IMG/VR virus record: IMGVR_UViG_3300006854_000005
From: a virus
DNA length: 60,130 nt
Reading direction: 5' to 3' (one strand)
The position numbers were made by a program, and so were the translations under genes. Below, piece after piece: positions 23,568 through 32,590 of the stretch; the first letter of the stretch is position 1, and every line of letters begins with the position of its first letter. The notes beneath the pieces were generated by a model. That model saw only the letters and a list, made by a program, of their open reading frames with translations. It ran no database searches and was not told the DNA's origin.

Positions 23568-23929
23568 AGATCAGGTGGACCGACCTGCGTGGCCAGGCAT
23601 ACGAAGCCGGTGTCCCCGACGCGAGCACCAACATCAGCGTTGGGGCTCGGTGTCCGCACTGTGCTGGACGCAATATTGACCGCATTGATCTCAACGCCCG
23701 GACGTTCTCGTGTTCGAGGTGGAGTCGCGGGCCCGGGACGCCGGTACCGATACGTGCTCAGCATCTGTGGCCAAGGCTGACAACTTACGTCGCCGGAGAT
23801 CCGGGCGTCGGATATCGGGCCTTGGTCTTCGAGGGGAGCGCTCCGCCCTTCATCGTCGAGGCCTCCCCGCGCTGCCCATTGGGCGACGATGAGAGGCGCA
23901 TCCCGATTCCGTATCCGCTCCCAACCTAA
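23564..23929 (+). CDS. hypothetical protein, 121 aa (position compatible with a small terminase subunit)
   Basis: ATGA-coupled start. Immediately upstream of the large terminase. No diagnostic motif. Confidence 0.4.
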   Translation: MKIRWTDLRGQAYEAGVPDASTNISVGARCPHCAGRNIDRIDLNARTFSCSRWSRGPGTPVPIRAQHLWPRLTTYVAGDPGVGYRALVFEGSAPPFIVEASPRCPLGDDERRIPIPYPLPT

Positions 23930-23932
23930 CCC

Positions 23933-25696
23933 ATGCACCTCGGCCCCTCCGTCCTCTCGACCCTCGGCAGACTGGCCAAGCTGCGGCCGGCGGAGGTCAA
24001 GAGCGACGAGCCTGACGCCACGACCGAGCTCTGCAAGGTCCTGCGCGAGCGCTTCGAGCAGCACCCCAAGCAACGGGCCTTCTGGCAGACCGAGGCGCTC
24101 CAGGCCGCGGCGCTGTGCACCCGGCGCGCGGGCAAGAGCGACGGCGGCGTCCACGAGTGGCTGTCGCTGGCCATCGAGGTGCCCGGCTGGCGCGGTGTGT
24201 ACGTCAACGAGACGAAGCCCGAGGCGCGCAAGATCGTGTGGCGCAACGACATGGGGCAGGGGTTCTGCGACCTCATCGCGAAGCACGGTGCGGCCACCGG
24301 CGATGGTTGGAAGCTCGGCTCGGTCATCGCGCGCACCAACGACACGACGCTCGAGATCAACTTCTCGAACGGTTCGCAGATCGCGCTGTTCGGCGCCGAC
24401 GACGAGCAGAGCATCGGCAAGCTGCGCGGTCAGGCGAAGGACGAGATCTGGGTCGACGAGGCCCAGAAGATGCGCCACCTGCGCGCTTTCATCCTGCAGG
24501 TCGCACAGGCCTGTCTCGCCGACAAGCGCAAGCACAACGACAAGCCGGGGGCCCGCAAGAGCGGCAAGCTGAAGCTGACCGGGTCGCCGAGCGAGGACTG
24601 CGCCGGCTACTTCTACGACTGCACGCCCGAGCCCGAGAGCGGCGACACCCCGCTGCCGAACTGGGAAGTGCATCGCTGGTCGGTGATCGACAACCCGTGG
24701 TTCGGTCTGACGCCTGACGAGCGGTTCGCGCGCACCGCCGGCGAGGCACTCATCGCCAACGGCTGGACCGGAGCCGAGCCCGACTACGTCCGTGAGTGGC
24801 TCGGCAAGTGGGTCAAGAGCGATGCGCGCTACGTCTACCCGGTCCACGCTGTGCCGCAGCACATCGGGCTCACGTACGCCCCGCAGCGGCTCACCGACAA
24901 TCGAATCAACCCGGCACACCCGCCGTGGGTCGACCTCAATGCGGCGCTCGCCGACCTGCCCATGCCGGGGCGTGGCCGCAAGCCCTATGACTGGCTCTAC
25001 GCGATCGGCGCCGACTTCGGGTACGCGCAGGACCCGTTCGCGATCTGCGTCTGGGCCTTCACGCACGCGCCCGACCGCCCGCAGATCTACGAGGTGTTCT
25101 CGTGGAAGGAGTTCAAGGTCGTGCCCGACGACCAGCGGGACTACCTCAAGGCGCTGTGGGAGGGCCTGGACAATGTCGTGGTGCTCGTCGGCGACCCCGC
25201 GGGCCAGGTCGCGGCGAACATGGCGGGCTGGCGCGAGCGCGTCGGATTGCCGATCGACGAGGCCGACAAGAGCAGCAAGCCGACGTGGCAGGCGCTCATG
25301 GCCGGCGACATCCGCAAGGGCATGGTGCGGTACCGCGAGAACTCGCCGCTCCTCGACGAGCACCGACACCTCGTGTACCTGCCGACGAAGCCGGGCAAGC
25401 CGTTGAAGGACGACGCGGCGCGCAGGGCAAGTGACGGGAAAATACACGGAAATCACGTGTCGGATGGGGCGCTTTACGCCTTCAGGCACCTCACGCACTA
25501 CACGAATCGCCCCGTCGCCGACAAGCCTGCACCGGGCACCCGAGCTGCCCTACTCGCGGAGGCTGAGCGCGAGGAGCGCGACCTCGATGCCCGCATGGCT
25601 CGACAGCAGCGCGCGTACGAGGAGGGCGACGAGGTTCCGGGCGAGTACAATCAGACGGAGAACACCGTGTATGGGAGTTGGGCCTATGACCAGTAA
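23933..25696 (+). CDS. terL: terminase large subunit
   Basis: 587 aa. Walker A-like CTRRAGKSDG, Walker B EIWVDEAQ, and a C-terminal RNase-H-like nuclease motif IGADFGYAQDPFAI. Confidence 0.8.
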   Translation: MHLGPSVLSTLGRLAKLRPAEVKSDEPDATTELCKVLRERFEQHPKQRAFWQTEALQAAALCTRRAGKSDGGVHEWLSLAIEVPGWRGVYVNETKPEARKIVWRNDMGQGFCDLIAKHGAATGDGWKLGSVIARTNDTTLEINFSNGSQIALFGADDEQSIGKLRGQAKDEIWVDEAQKMRHLRAFILQVAQACLADKRKHNDKPGARKSGKLKLTGSPSEDCAGYFYDCTPEPESGDTPLPNWEVHRWSVIDNPWFGLTPDERFARTAGEALIANGWTGAEPDYVREWLGKWVKSDARYVYPVHAVPQHIGLTYAPQRLTDNRINPAHPPWVDLNAALADLPMPGRGRKPYDWLYAIGADFGYAQDPFAICVWAFTHAPDRPQIYEVFSWKEFKVVPDDQRDYLKALWEGLDNVVVLVGDPAGQVAANMAGWRERVGLPIDEADKSSKPTWQALMAGDIRKGMVRYRENSPLLDEHRHLVYLPTKPGKPLKDDAARRASDGKIHGNHVSDGALYAFRHLTHYTNRPVADKPAPGTRAALLAEAEREERDLDARMARQQRAYEEGDEVPGEYNQTENTVYGSWAYDQ

Positions 25697-25928
25697 CGAG
25701 AACCACGACCCCGGCGACGAGGACAGGAGCCGATCGATGGAGGGCGACTGCCCGAGATGTGACCGCCCGATAGACATGGGCCGAGCGCAGTGGAACTGCG
25801 AAGTCTGGTGCTTCGACTGCTCGATGCACCCGCATGACGTTCGCACACGGATGAAGAAGCAGAACGGCACGTTCGTTCCGCCGCGCGGGCCGCTTCGCAT
25901 CGTCTTCACCGACAAGGGCGAGCGATGA
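25686..25928 (+). CDS. hypothetical zinc-binding protein, 80 aa
   Basis: Track ORF 25431..25928 trimmed to MTSNENH. CPRC...C..C motifs. Confidence 0.45.
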   Translation: MTSNENHDPGDEDRSRSMEGDCPRCDRPIDMGRAQWNCEVWCFDCSMHPHDVRTRMKKQNGTFVPPRGPLRIVFTDKGER

Positions 25929-26182
25929 AGCCACCCACCGGTCCCATCGACGCCGACGAGGACGGCAACGTCATCCCGGTTCCGCCCGCCGAGTCCGACC
26001 TCGCCCAGCTGATCCAGTTGCTCGAGTTCGGGCGCAAGCGCGGGTTCCGCATCGGCCCGACCGTGAAGATCGGCCAGCTCGTGACGCAGGTGCAGGACCT
26101 CAGGCAGACCGAGGGCACCGGCCAGGATCTCGAGCCGGATCCTGGACCGTGGCGCGCCGCGGGCTACGAGGGAGACGAATGA
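25925..26182 (+). CDS. hypothetical protein, 85 aa
   Basis: Track ORF with an ATGA-coupled start. Confidence 0.5.
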   Translation: MKPPTGPIDADEDGNVIPVPPAESDLAQLIQLLEFGRKRGFRIGPTVKIGQLVTQVQDLRQTEGTGQDLEPDPGPWRAAGYEGDE

Positions 26183-26499
26183 AGCCCAGCAGCGAGATCG
26201 ACACGCGCCCGATCCGCAAGCCAGCGCCGGCCATCCCCGTGATGCAGTACGTCGGCGCGCTGCGCGTCTACTTCAACCGCCTGTCCGCCGAGCCGATGAT
26301 GTGGTGCGTCAGCCCCGAGGCCGGAGAATGGGAACTGGCCGTGCGCACAGTCAAGATGGGGCCGTCCGTGACCTCGGAGACCGTGTGGCGCCGCAAGGAG
26401 ACGCCCGACGACGAGGACGGCAGGCCAAGCGCCTGGCTCGCCACGACCGGCCACCTGCGCATCTACGCTGACGGGACTGCCACCGTGACCGCCGACTGA
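26179..26499 (+). CDS. hypothetical protein, 106 aa
   Basis: ATGA-coupled start within track ORF 26149..26499. Confidence 0.5.
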   Translation: MKPSSEIDTRPIRKPAPAIPVMQYVGALRVYFNRLSAEPMMWCVSPEAGEWELAVRTVKMGPSVTSETVWRRKETPDDEDGRPSAWLATTGHLRIYADGTATVTAD

Positions 26500-26560
26500 A
26501 CGACTCTCTTGCGCGTTCGCGCGCGTTGTGTAACGCTCCCTGCAAATCAACCGGTCCACA

Positions 26561-26586
26561 GGCAAAGGGACCATCGATCCCTTGCC
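26561..26586 (+). promoter_or_regulatory. hairpin abutting the portal start codon
   Basis: GGCAA(A)GGGA pairs with TCCCTTGCC around the loop CCATCGA. The hairpin ends 1 nt before the ATG at 26587. Confidence 0.3.
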
Positions 26587-28542
26587 ATGGCCCCACGCTA
26601 CAACGCCCCCATCCGCAGCGACGCACACTGGATGCGCGCGAAGGTGGGCGAGCCGGTGCACGATCGGCTGGTCCCGTACGGCAAGGCGCTGCTCGAGCGC
26701 GAGGCGAACTTCCACGCGAAGAACCTCACGAGGGAACGCGTGTACCGCGGCGTCGACCTGCAGAACCAGCGGATCGCGCTCGCCGCGCTATCCGGCTCGG
26801 GCATGGGCATCGCGCGACTGAACGTCATCAAGGCGATCGGCGACACCTTCGCGTCGCGGCTCTCGAAGGACCGGCCGATGCCCGGGATCGTCGTCAACGA
26901 CAGCGACTTCGAGCTGAAGAAGCGGGCCAAGGACTACCGCGAATTCATCGTCGGCCAGATGCGGGACACCGAGTTCGACTCGCTGTCGGTCCGCGCGCTC
27001 CAGGACGGCGTCAAGCTGGGCCTGGGCTTCACGCGCGTCGACGACAGCGACGAGGCGGTGATCGCCGAGCGCATCCCGGTCAACGACCTGCTGTTCGACC
27101 GTCGCGAGCTCAAGTACGGCAAGCCGCGGCAGGCGATCCGGATTCAGCGCGTCGCCCGCGACCACCTGGCCGAGCTGTTCCCGAAGCACAAGGAGTGGAT
27201 CCTCGAGCGCGCGCCTGCCTCGCTGCGCCGCAAGGACGACACCGACGTGGACGGCGACGGCCCGAAGGTCGGCGACCTGGACGACTACGTTGACACGTGG
27301 GAGGCGTGGTTTCCGCCGATGGCACCCGACTCGGACATCGGCCGGCACGTGCTCTGCGTCGAGGGCCTGACGCTCGTCACCGAGCAGTGGCACGAGCCCC
27401 GGTTCCCGTGGTCGATGTTCCAGCTCGGCGATCCCGACTGGGGCATCTACCCCGAGGGCTTCGTCGACATGCTCATCGGGATCCAACACCGGATCAACCT
27501 GATCGTGCGGGATATCCAGCTGAACCTCGCCGCGACGGGCCGCGGGATCTGGATGGTCAACAAGGCTAACGACATCCCGGTCGAGATGCTGGCCGGCGCG
27601 GCGCCCTACAAGGTCAACTACAACGGCTCGCAGCCCCCGACGTACATCGCGCCGCAGAGCTTCAACATGGCGCAGATGAGCGCCCTAAAGGAGTTCATCG
27701 GTTGGGCCTTCGACCTCTCGGGCGTCTCGAAGGCCAACGCGGAGTCAAAGTCCTCGCTCGGCGCCGGAGCCTCGGGCGTCGCGCTCGACACGCAGTACGA
27801 CATCGACAGCGACCGGTTCCGCATCCCGCAGGCGAACTACGCACGGTACCGGATGCACGGCGGCCAGTGCTACCTCGACGCCAGCGCGCGCGTCGCTCGT
27901 CGTCGGCAAGAGGGCAAGGGCGCCAAGCGCTCGTGGGTCGCGACGACGTGGAAGTCCAAGGACGCGATCCAGAAGCTCGACTACTCGAAGGTGGTACTCG
28001 AGGAAGGCAGCTACCGCCTGCGCATCGAGCCAGTCGGCTTCATCCCTGACACCCGCGCGGGCAAGATCGCGGTGGTCGAGCAGCTGGCCAAGGCCGGCGT
28101 CATCCCGCAGTGGCTCGTGCCGATGTTGTTCGACGAGCCCGATCTGGCCGAGGCGAGCCGCATCATGCTCGCACCGATCAAGAACTGCTTGCGCAAGATG
28201 GATCTGCTCGCCGAGGTCGACGAGGACCTGCCGATGCCCGAGCAGTACAACGATCTGGACATCGAGCTGAAGGTCTCGGTCGCCTACTACAACTGGATCC
28301 AGTGCGAGAACGCGCCGCCCGAGATCCAGGAACGCTACCGCACGTACTGCGATCTCGTGACCGAGGCGATCAAGGTCAAGGGGCCAGCGCCCCAGCCGAT
28401 GGGCATGGCACCCGCCGAGCAGCCGCTTCCCGGTGGCGTCCCGCTGATGCCGCAAGGCCCGGTTCCGCCACCCATGCCGATCGGCGCACCGCCGATGGGT
28501 CCACCCATGATGCCGCCGGCGCAGATGCCGATGGCGGCCTGA
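26587..28542 (+). CDS. portal protein
   Basis: Track ORF 26509..28542 trimmed to MAPRYNAP, giving 651 aa. Assigned by size and its position between terminase and scaffold/capsid. Pro/Met-rich C-terminal tail. Confidence 0.65.
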   Translation: MAPRYNAPIRSDAHWMRAKVGEPVHDRLVPYGKALLEREANFHAKNLTRERVYRGVDLQNQRIALAALSGSGMGIARLNVIKAIGDTFASRLSKDRPMPGIVVNDSDFELKKRAKDYREFIVGQMRDTEFDSLSVRALQDGVKLGLGFTRVDDSDEAVIAERIPVNDLLFDRRELKYGKPRQAIRIQRVARDHLAELFPKHKEWILERAPASLRRKDDTDVDGDGPKVGDLDDYVDTWEAWFPPMAPDSDIGRHVLCVEGLTLVTEQWHEPRFPWSMFQLGDPDWGIYPEGFVDMLIGIQHRINLIVRDIQLNLAATGRGIWMVNKANDIPVEMLAGAAPYKVNYNGSQPPTYIAPQSFNMAQMSALKEFIGWAFDLSGVSKANAESKSSLGAGASGVALDTQYDIDSDRFRIPQANYARYRMHGGQCYLDASARVARRRQEGKGAKRSWVATTWKSKDAIQKLDYSKVVLEEGSYRLRIEPVGFIPDTRAGKIAVVEQLAKAGVIPQWLVPMLFDEPDLAEASRIMLAPIKNCLRKMDLLAEVDEDLPMPEQYNDLDIELKVSVAYYNWIQCENAPPEIQERYRTYCDLVTEAIKVKGPAPQPMGMAPAEQPLPGGVPLMPQGPVPPPMPIGAPPMGPPMMPPAQMPMAA

Positions 28543-28548
28543 GGAAGA

Positions 28549-28821
28549 ATGAGAATCGCTTTCGACCACCCACTCTCCGTCGAGCAGGCGCAGATCGCCG
28601 TCGACGAGTCCCGCTATTCGTACGGCATCAAGCTGCCACGCGTCGACTACCGGACCATGGAGGGCGACACGAGCGCGGCCGACGCGGCGATCATGGCGCG
28701 CGAGTGCCAGCCGTCGGACGAGTCGGACTGGAACTGGGGCGAGCAGGATTCGCTCGCGAACATTCCGCGGAAGAAGGTCCCGTCATGGGTCAAGGCGCTC
28801 AGCCTCAAGGATAACGAGTAA
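28549..28821 (+). CDS. hypothetical protein, 90 aa
   Basis: Track ORF with GAGGAAG upstream. Confidence 0.5.
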   Translation: MRIAFDHPLSVEQAQIAVDESRYSYGIKLPRVDYRTMEGDTSAADAAIMARECQPSDESDWNWGEQDSLANIPRKKVPSWVKALSLKDNE

Positions 28822-30131
28822 TGGACGTCGAGTTTCACGAGGAGATGTCACCGATCGGCGGCGCCAAGCCCGCCGCTGGCAACTCGCAACGCGCGCGCGG
28901 CCAGATCCACGAGTCGGTGACCATCGGGTCGGGATCCTCCGAGCCGGTCCGCGACGTGGCCGCCGGATCCGTAGAGCAGGAGTCGGTGACCGTCGGCAAG
29001 GGCGGCCGAGGTCTCGGCCTGAGCCCCACCGCGCGCAAGATGCTCGAGAACATCGACAAGCACGGGACGGTCTCCGACGAGCCGCCCGATGCCGCCGAGC
29101 CCGATTCGCCGACCGCTGCAGGGGTGCCGGCTGCCGCTGTCGCTCCGACTCAGGCGACGCCCCCGGAGACTTCGATATCCCCTGCAGCTGCCGCGGCGCC
29201 CCCTACTGCGCCGGCGAAGTCCACCGAGGACGCGATCGCCGAGCACAAGGCCCGCGCGGACCGGTTCGCCGAGCACAACACGAAGCTCGTGACCGAACTC
29301 GAGCAGCTGCGCGCGCGGCCCGTTCGCGGTGAGCCGACGGCGCGAGAGAAAGCCCTCGACGAGGCCGAGCGGACCATCATGGAGGACTCGATCGGCGCGC
29401 TCCGTCGGGTGTACGCCACCGCACTGGGCGTCGATGACCCGAAGCACCCCGACGTCGACAAGCACCTGACGTGGCTCTACCACGACCTCACCGAGCGCGA
29501 ACTGGGGGTGCCGCTCGACCCGAGCATCAAGGCGCAGCGCGAGTCCGAGCGCGTGCGGCATCTGCTCGCCCGCGACAAGCGAGATCGCGCGGCCGACGCC
29601 ACGAAGCCCGCGCCCGTGCAGGACCCCGACGCGGCTGAGGCGGCCACCAAAGTTCCGCTCGTCGCGCAGTTCATCGGCGCCGGCGATCACGCGACGAAGT
29701 ACCCGCTCCTGCGCACCCTGAGCACCGACTTCGACGGCATGAAGCCCGAGGAGCTGCTCTGGAAGGAGCTGCACCGCGGGTTCAAGACGGGCGAGTACAG
29801 CCGCGCCGACCAGGACACTAACTTGATCGATCTCGCATCCCGCAAGATCGAGAACCACTACCAAGCCCTTGCCGAGAAGATCGCCAAGGCAACGCAGAAG
29901 GCACCAGCAGCAAGCACCGCCACGCCAACTCAAGCAGCCGTAGCGACGGATCAAAAAGCGGAGCCACAGGGAAACGGGCCCCGGACCATCACGAACGCGA
30001 GCGCGAGTGTTGCACCCGCAACAACTCCGGCAGCAAAGCCAGCACCGACCGAGGAACCACCGAAGAAGACTTGGCGCACCGAAAAGGAGCGCATCAAGCT
30101 GCTCGCCGTCAAGCACTTCGGAGACGCCTGA
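28821..30131 (+). CDS. scaffolding protein (tentative)
   Basis: 436 aa, Ala/Pro/Glu-rich with helical segments. Lies between portal and major capsid. TAATG-coupled start. Confidence 0.5.
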   Translation: MDVEFHEEMSPIGGAKPAAGNSQRARGQIHESVTIGSGSSEPVRDVAAGSVEQESVTVGKGGRGLGLSPTARKMLENIDKHGTVSDEPPDAAEPDSPTAAGVPAAAVAPTQATPPETSISPAAAAAPPTAPAKSTEDAIAEHKARADRFAEHNTKLVTELEQLRARPVRGEPTAREKALDEAERTIMEDSIGALRRVYATALGVDDPKHPDVDKHLTWLYHDLTERELGVPLDPSIKAQRESERVRHLLARDKRDRAADATKPAPVQDPDAAEAATKVPLVAQFIGAGDHATKYPLLRTLSTDFDGMKPEELLWKELHRGFKTGEYSRADQDTNLIDLASRKIENHYQALAEKIAKATQKAPAASTATPTQAAVATDQKAEPQGNGPRTITNASASVAPATTPAAKPAPTEEPPKKTWRTEKERIKLLAVKHFGDA

Positions 30132-30148
30132 TCGATAGCTGACTCGCG

Positions 30149-30169
30149 GTGCTCCCCAACAAGGAGCAC
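30149..30169 (+). promoter_or_regulatory. hairpin containing the capsid-gene Shine-Dalgarno sequence
   Basis: GTGCTCC (30149-30155), loop CCAACAA, then GGAGCAC (30163-30169). The right arm is the AAGGAG ribosome-binding site of the GTG at 30175. Confidence 0.35.
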
Positions 30170-30174
30170 ATCAC

Positions 30175-31443
30175 GTGACCGCACATACGCTAGCGAATCA
30201 AGACGCCTTTCTGAAGGACGTCTACACCACCGAGAAGATCCTCGAGCAGAGCTACGGGGAGAACGCCCTGTTTGCCTTCATGTCGAAGGAGCAGGGCGTC
30301 ATGGCCGGCGGACGTCGATACGTCCAGCCCGTCGAGTTCGGCAACCCGAGCGGCGCGAACGGCGACTACGCCTCCGCGATGACCGACAACACAGTCAGCC
30401 AGTACGAGGACTTCCTCATCCCGAGGAAGACCCAGTACCAGCGCATCGTGGTGAACCACGAGCTGCTGTTCGCGACGGCGCGCAAGTCCGACGCCTACGT
30501 CAGCTCGATCAAGGAGTTCGACCGCGGGTTCAAGTCGCTGGGCGAGAAGATCGGGCGCCGCCTGTATCGCACCGCGGGCGGCAACATCGGCAAGCTCGCG
30601 ATCGCCTCGACGAACACGACGACGCTGACGTTCGTCGACAACGCGGCCGTCTTCAACTTCCACATCAACCAGGTCCTGCAGTTCAGCGCGACCGACGGCA
30701 CGGGCACGCTGCTCGACGGCGGTGACACCACGACCGTCACGGCGGTCGACCACGAGGCCGGTACCGTCACGATCGCCGACAACCTCGGCACCAAGATCGC
30801 CGGCGTCGCGACCTCCTCGTACGTCTTCCAGCGCGGCGACTACGGCGTCTGCCTCGCCGGCGTCGAGGACTGGCTTCCGATCGACGACCGCACCACGAAG
30901 CTGGCCGCGTCGTTCAACTCGGTCGTTCGCACGCCAGCCCCGGTCTACCTGGGCGGCATCTACTACGACGGCACCGCGGCCGGCGGCCTCGACGAGGTCA
31001 TCATCAAGGCGACCGGCAAGGCTGGCAAGTACGGCGCCAAGACGTCGCACATCTTCGCGAACCCCGAGTCGCTGTCGGACCTCGAGCTGATCTCGAACTC
31101 GAAGATGCGCATCCTGGGCGAACTGACCACGTCGATCCGCAACGAGACCGGCGACCTCATTGTCGGCTTCAGCGGCTACAAGGCGCTCGTCGGCGGCCGG
31201 GTCGTCCGCATCTACCCCGACCGCAACTGTCCCTCGAATCGCCTCACCGGCCTGCAGCTCAACACGTGGACCCTGTGGCACACGGGCGAGCTGATCAACT
31301 GGACCGGCGAGAGCTACACCGGCAACCGCCTGCAGCCCTCGCAGAACGAGGACAGCGCGGAAGCCCGCCTCGCGAACTACTCCAACGTCGGCTGCTCGGC
31401 ACCGGGATGGAACTGGAACGCGAAGATCAACCCGAGCACCTGA
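30175..31443 (+). CDS. major capsid protein
   Basis: 422 aa with a strong RBS. Assigned by its position after the scaffold and by its size and composition. Confidence 0.65.
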   Translation: MTAHTLANQDAFLKDVYTTEKILEQSYGENALFAFMSKEQGVMAGGRRYVQPVEFGNPSGANGDYASAMTDNTVSQYEDFLIPRKTQYQRIVVNHELLFATARKSDAYVSSIKEFDRGFKSLGEKIGRRLYRTAGGNIGKLAIASTNTTTLTFVDNAAVFNFHINQVLQFSATDGTGTLLDGGDTTTVTAVDHEAGTVTIADNLGTKIAGVATSSYVFQRGDYGVCLAGVEDWLPIDDRTTKLAASFNSVVRTPAPVYLGGIYYDGTAAGGLDEVIIKATGKAGKYGAKTSHIFANPESLSDLELISNSKMRILGELTTSIRNETGDLIVGFSGYKALVGGRVVRIYPDRNCPSNRLTGLQLNTWTLWHTGELINWTGESYTGNRLQPSQNEDSAEARLANYSNVGCSAPGWNWNAKINPST

Positions 31444-31452
31444 GGAGCGGCC

Positions 31453-31854
31453 ATGACGATTCAAGGAACCGCTCGATGCACTCATCCGCTGGAGACGGCG
31501 CGCACCAGCAGCGTCACGCTGTACGCGCACGTCACCGGTGGCGGCGCAGCTGCCAACTGCACGCTCGACGCGCAGAGCGCCCTCAACGGCGAGATCACCG
31601 CGCTGACGTACTCGGGATCGACCGGCATCTACACCGGGACGTTCCGCTACGTCTACCCCGCGCTCGTCGGCTCCCCGATCATCTCGTGGGGCGGCGAGGG
31701 CACCGCTGGTCTCTTCGGAAAGATCACGGCCATCGACGTCACCGCCGGGACCTTCACCGCCAAGTTCTACGTCAACAACACGCTGACGGACTTGGCGACC
31801 ACCGACATCCCCTACTTCACGTGGACGGTTCGCACGTCCTCAAGGAATCCGTAA
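31453..31854 (+). CDS. hypothetical virion protein, 133 aa (beta-rich)
   Basis: Track ORF with GAGGAG upstream. Confidence 0.5.
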   Translation: MTIQGTARCTHPLETARTSSVTLYAHVTGGGAAANCTLDAQSALNGEITALTYSGSTGIYTGTFRYVYPALVGSPIISWGGEGTAGLFGKITAIDVTAGTFTAKFYVNNTLTDLATTDIPYFTWTVRTSSRNP

Positions 31855-31855
31855 C

Positions 31856-32587
31856 ATGCTGACTGCAGCTCAACTCAAGCAGGTCGGAAACTTCGACCAG
31901 AGCACCATCGACGGGCTCTCGGACGCGATCGGCGCCGGCATCGACGCCGTCTCCGCGGCCGGCGCGCTGTCGCTCACCACGTACCTCACCGAGCTCACCG
32001 TCTCGGGCACCAAGGCGTACACGCTCGCCGCTCCGACCGTCGCTGGTCAGCGCAAGCGCATCGTGTGCGTCTCGGCTGCATCGACGCCTCTCGGAACGGT
32101 GACGATCTCCAGCCCGGACACCACGACGGGATTCGCGTGTGCCTCGGCGTTCACGTTCACCGACGTGGGCCAGGCGATCGAACTGGTCGCGACGGGCGCA
32201 ACCACGCCGCTCTGGCGCGCAACGCGTGTCCAGCGCGCAGGTGGTGCGGCCAACGCGGTCGTGGTCGGCACGACCCCGCTCACCGGGCTGAACCTGTGGA
32301 TCCGGTACTGCTGCTCGGTGACCAACACCGTGTCGTCGACCGGGGCCAACGCGCTGCCGAACGGAAGTGCGGTCGGCGAGCGGTGCATCGTCACGTGCTC
32401 TGCTGTGTCGGGAACCCCGGTCGGAAGCATCGACGGTGTGTTCACCGGGATGATCGCAGAGGCGTACACCCACCTCGGCGCGATCGGCGTGGTCGCATCG
32501 GCCACCGTGGTCGGTGACTGCGCCGTCCTCGAGTGGACCGGATCGGCCTGGTCGGTGATCTACCAGAACGGCTGCACGCTGAGCTGA
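31856..32587 (+). CDS. hypothetical structural protein, 243 aa, with internal duplication
   Basis: Track ORF. Two similar halves (..GQRKRIVCVSAASTPLGTVTI.. and ..GERCIVTCSAVSGTPVGSIDG..). Confidence 0.5.
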   Translation: MLTAAQLKQVGNFDQSTIDGLSDAIGAGIDAVSAAGALSLTTYLTELTVSGTKAYTLAAPTVAGQRKRIVCVSAASTPLGTVTISSPDTTTGFACASAFTFTDVGQAIELVATGATTPLWRATRVQRAGGAANAVVVGTTPLTGLNLWIRYCCSVTNTVSSTGANALPNGSAVGERCIVTCSAVSGTPVGSIDGVFTGMIAEAYTHLGAIGVVASATVVGDCAVLEWTGSAWSVIYQNGCTLS

Positions 32588-32590
32588 GTC

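Noticed and set aside
23168-25498. 776-aa minus-strand ORF antisense to the large terminase gene
   Set aside because: It is Arg/Ala/Gly/Pro-rich, as expected from reading a high-GC gene on the wrong strand. The plus-strand frame carries clear terminase motifs and fits the coupled operon.
28848-31530. 422-aa and 446-aa minus-strand ORFs antisense to the scaffold and capsid genes, plus many similar 60-280-aa shadow ORFs throughout the track
   Set aside because: These are shadow frames of GC-rich coding sequence. The sense frames have ribosome-binding sites, coupling and plausible protein composition.
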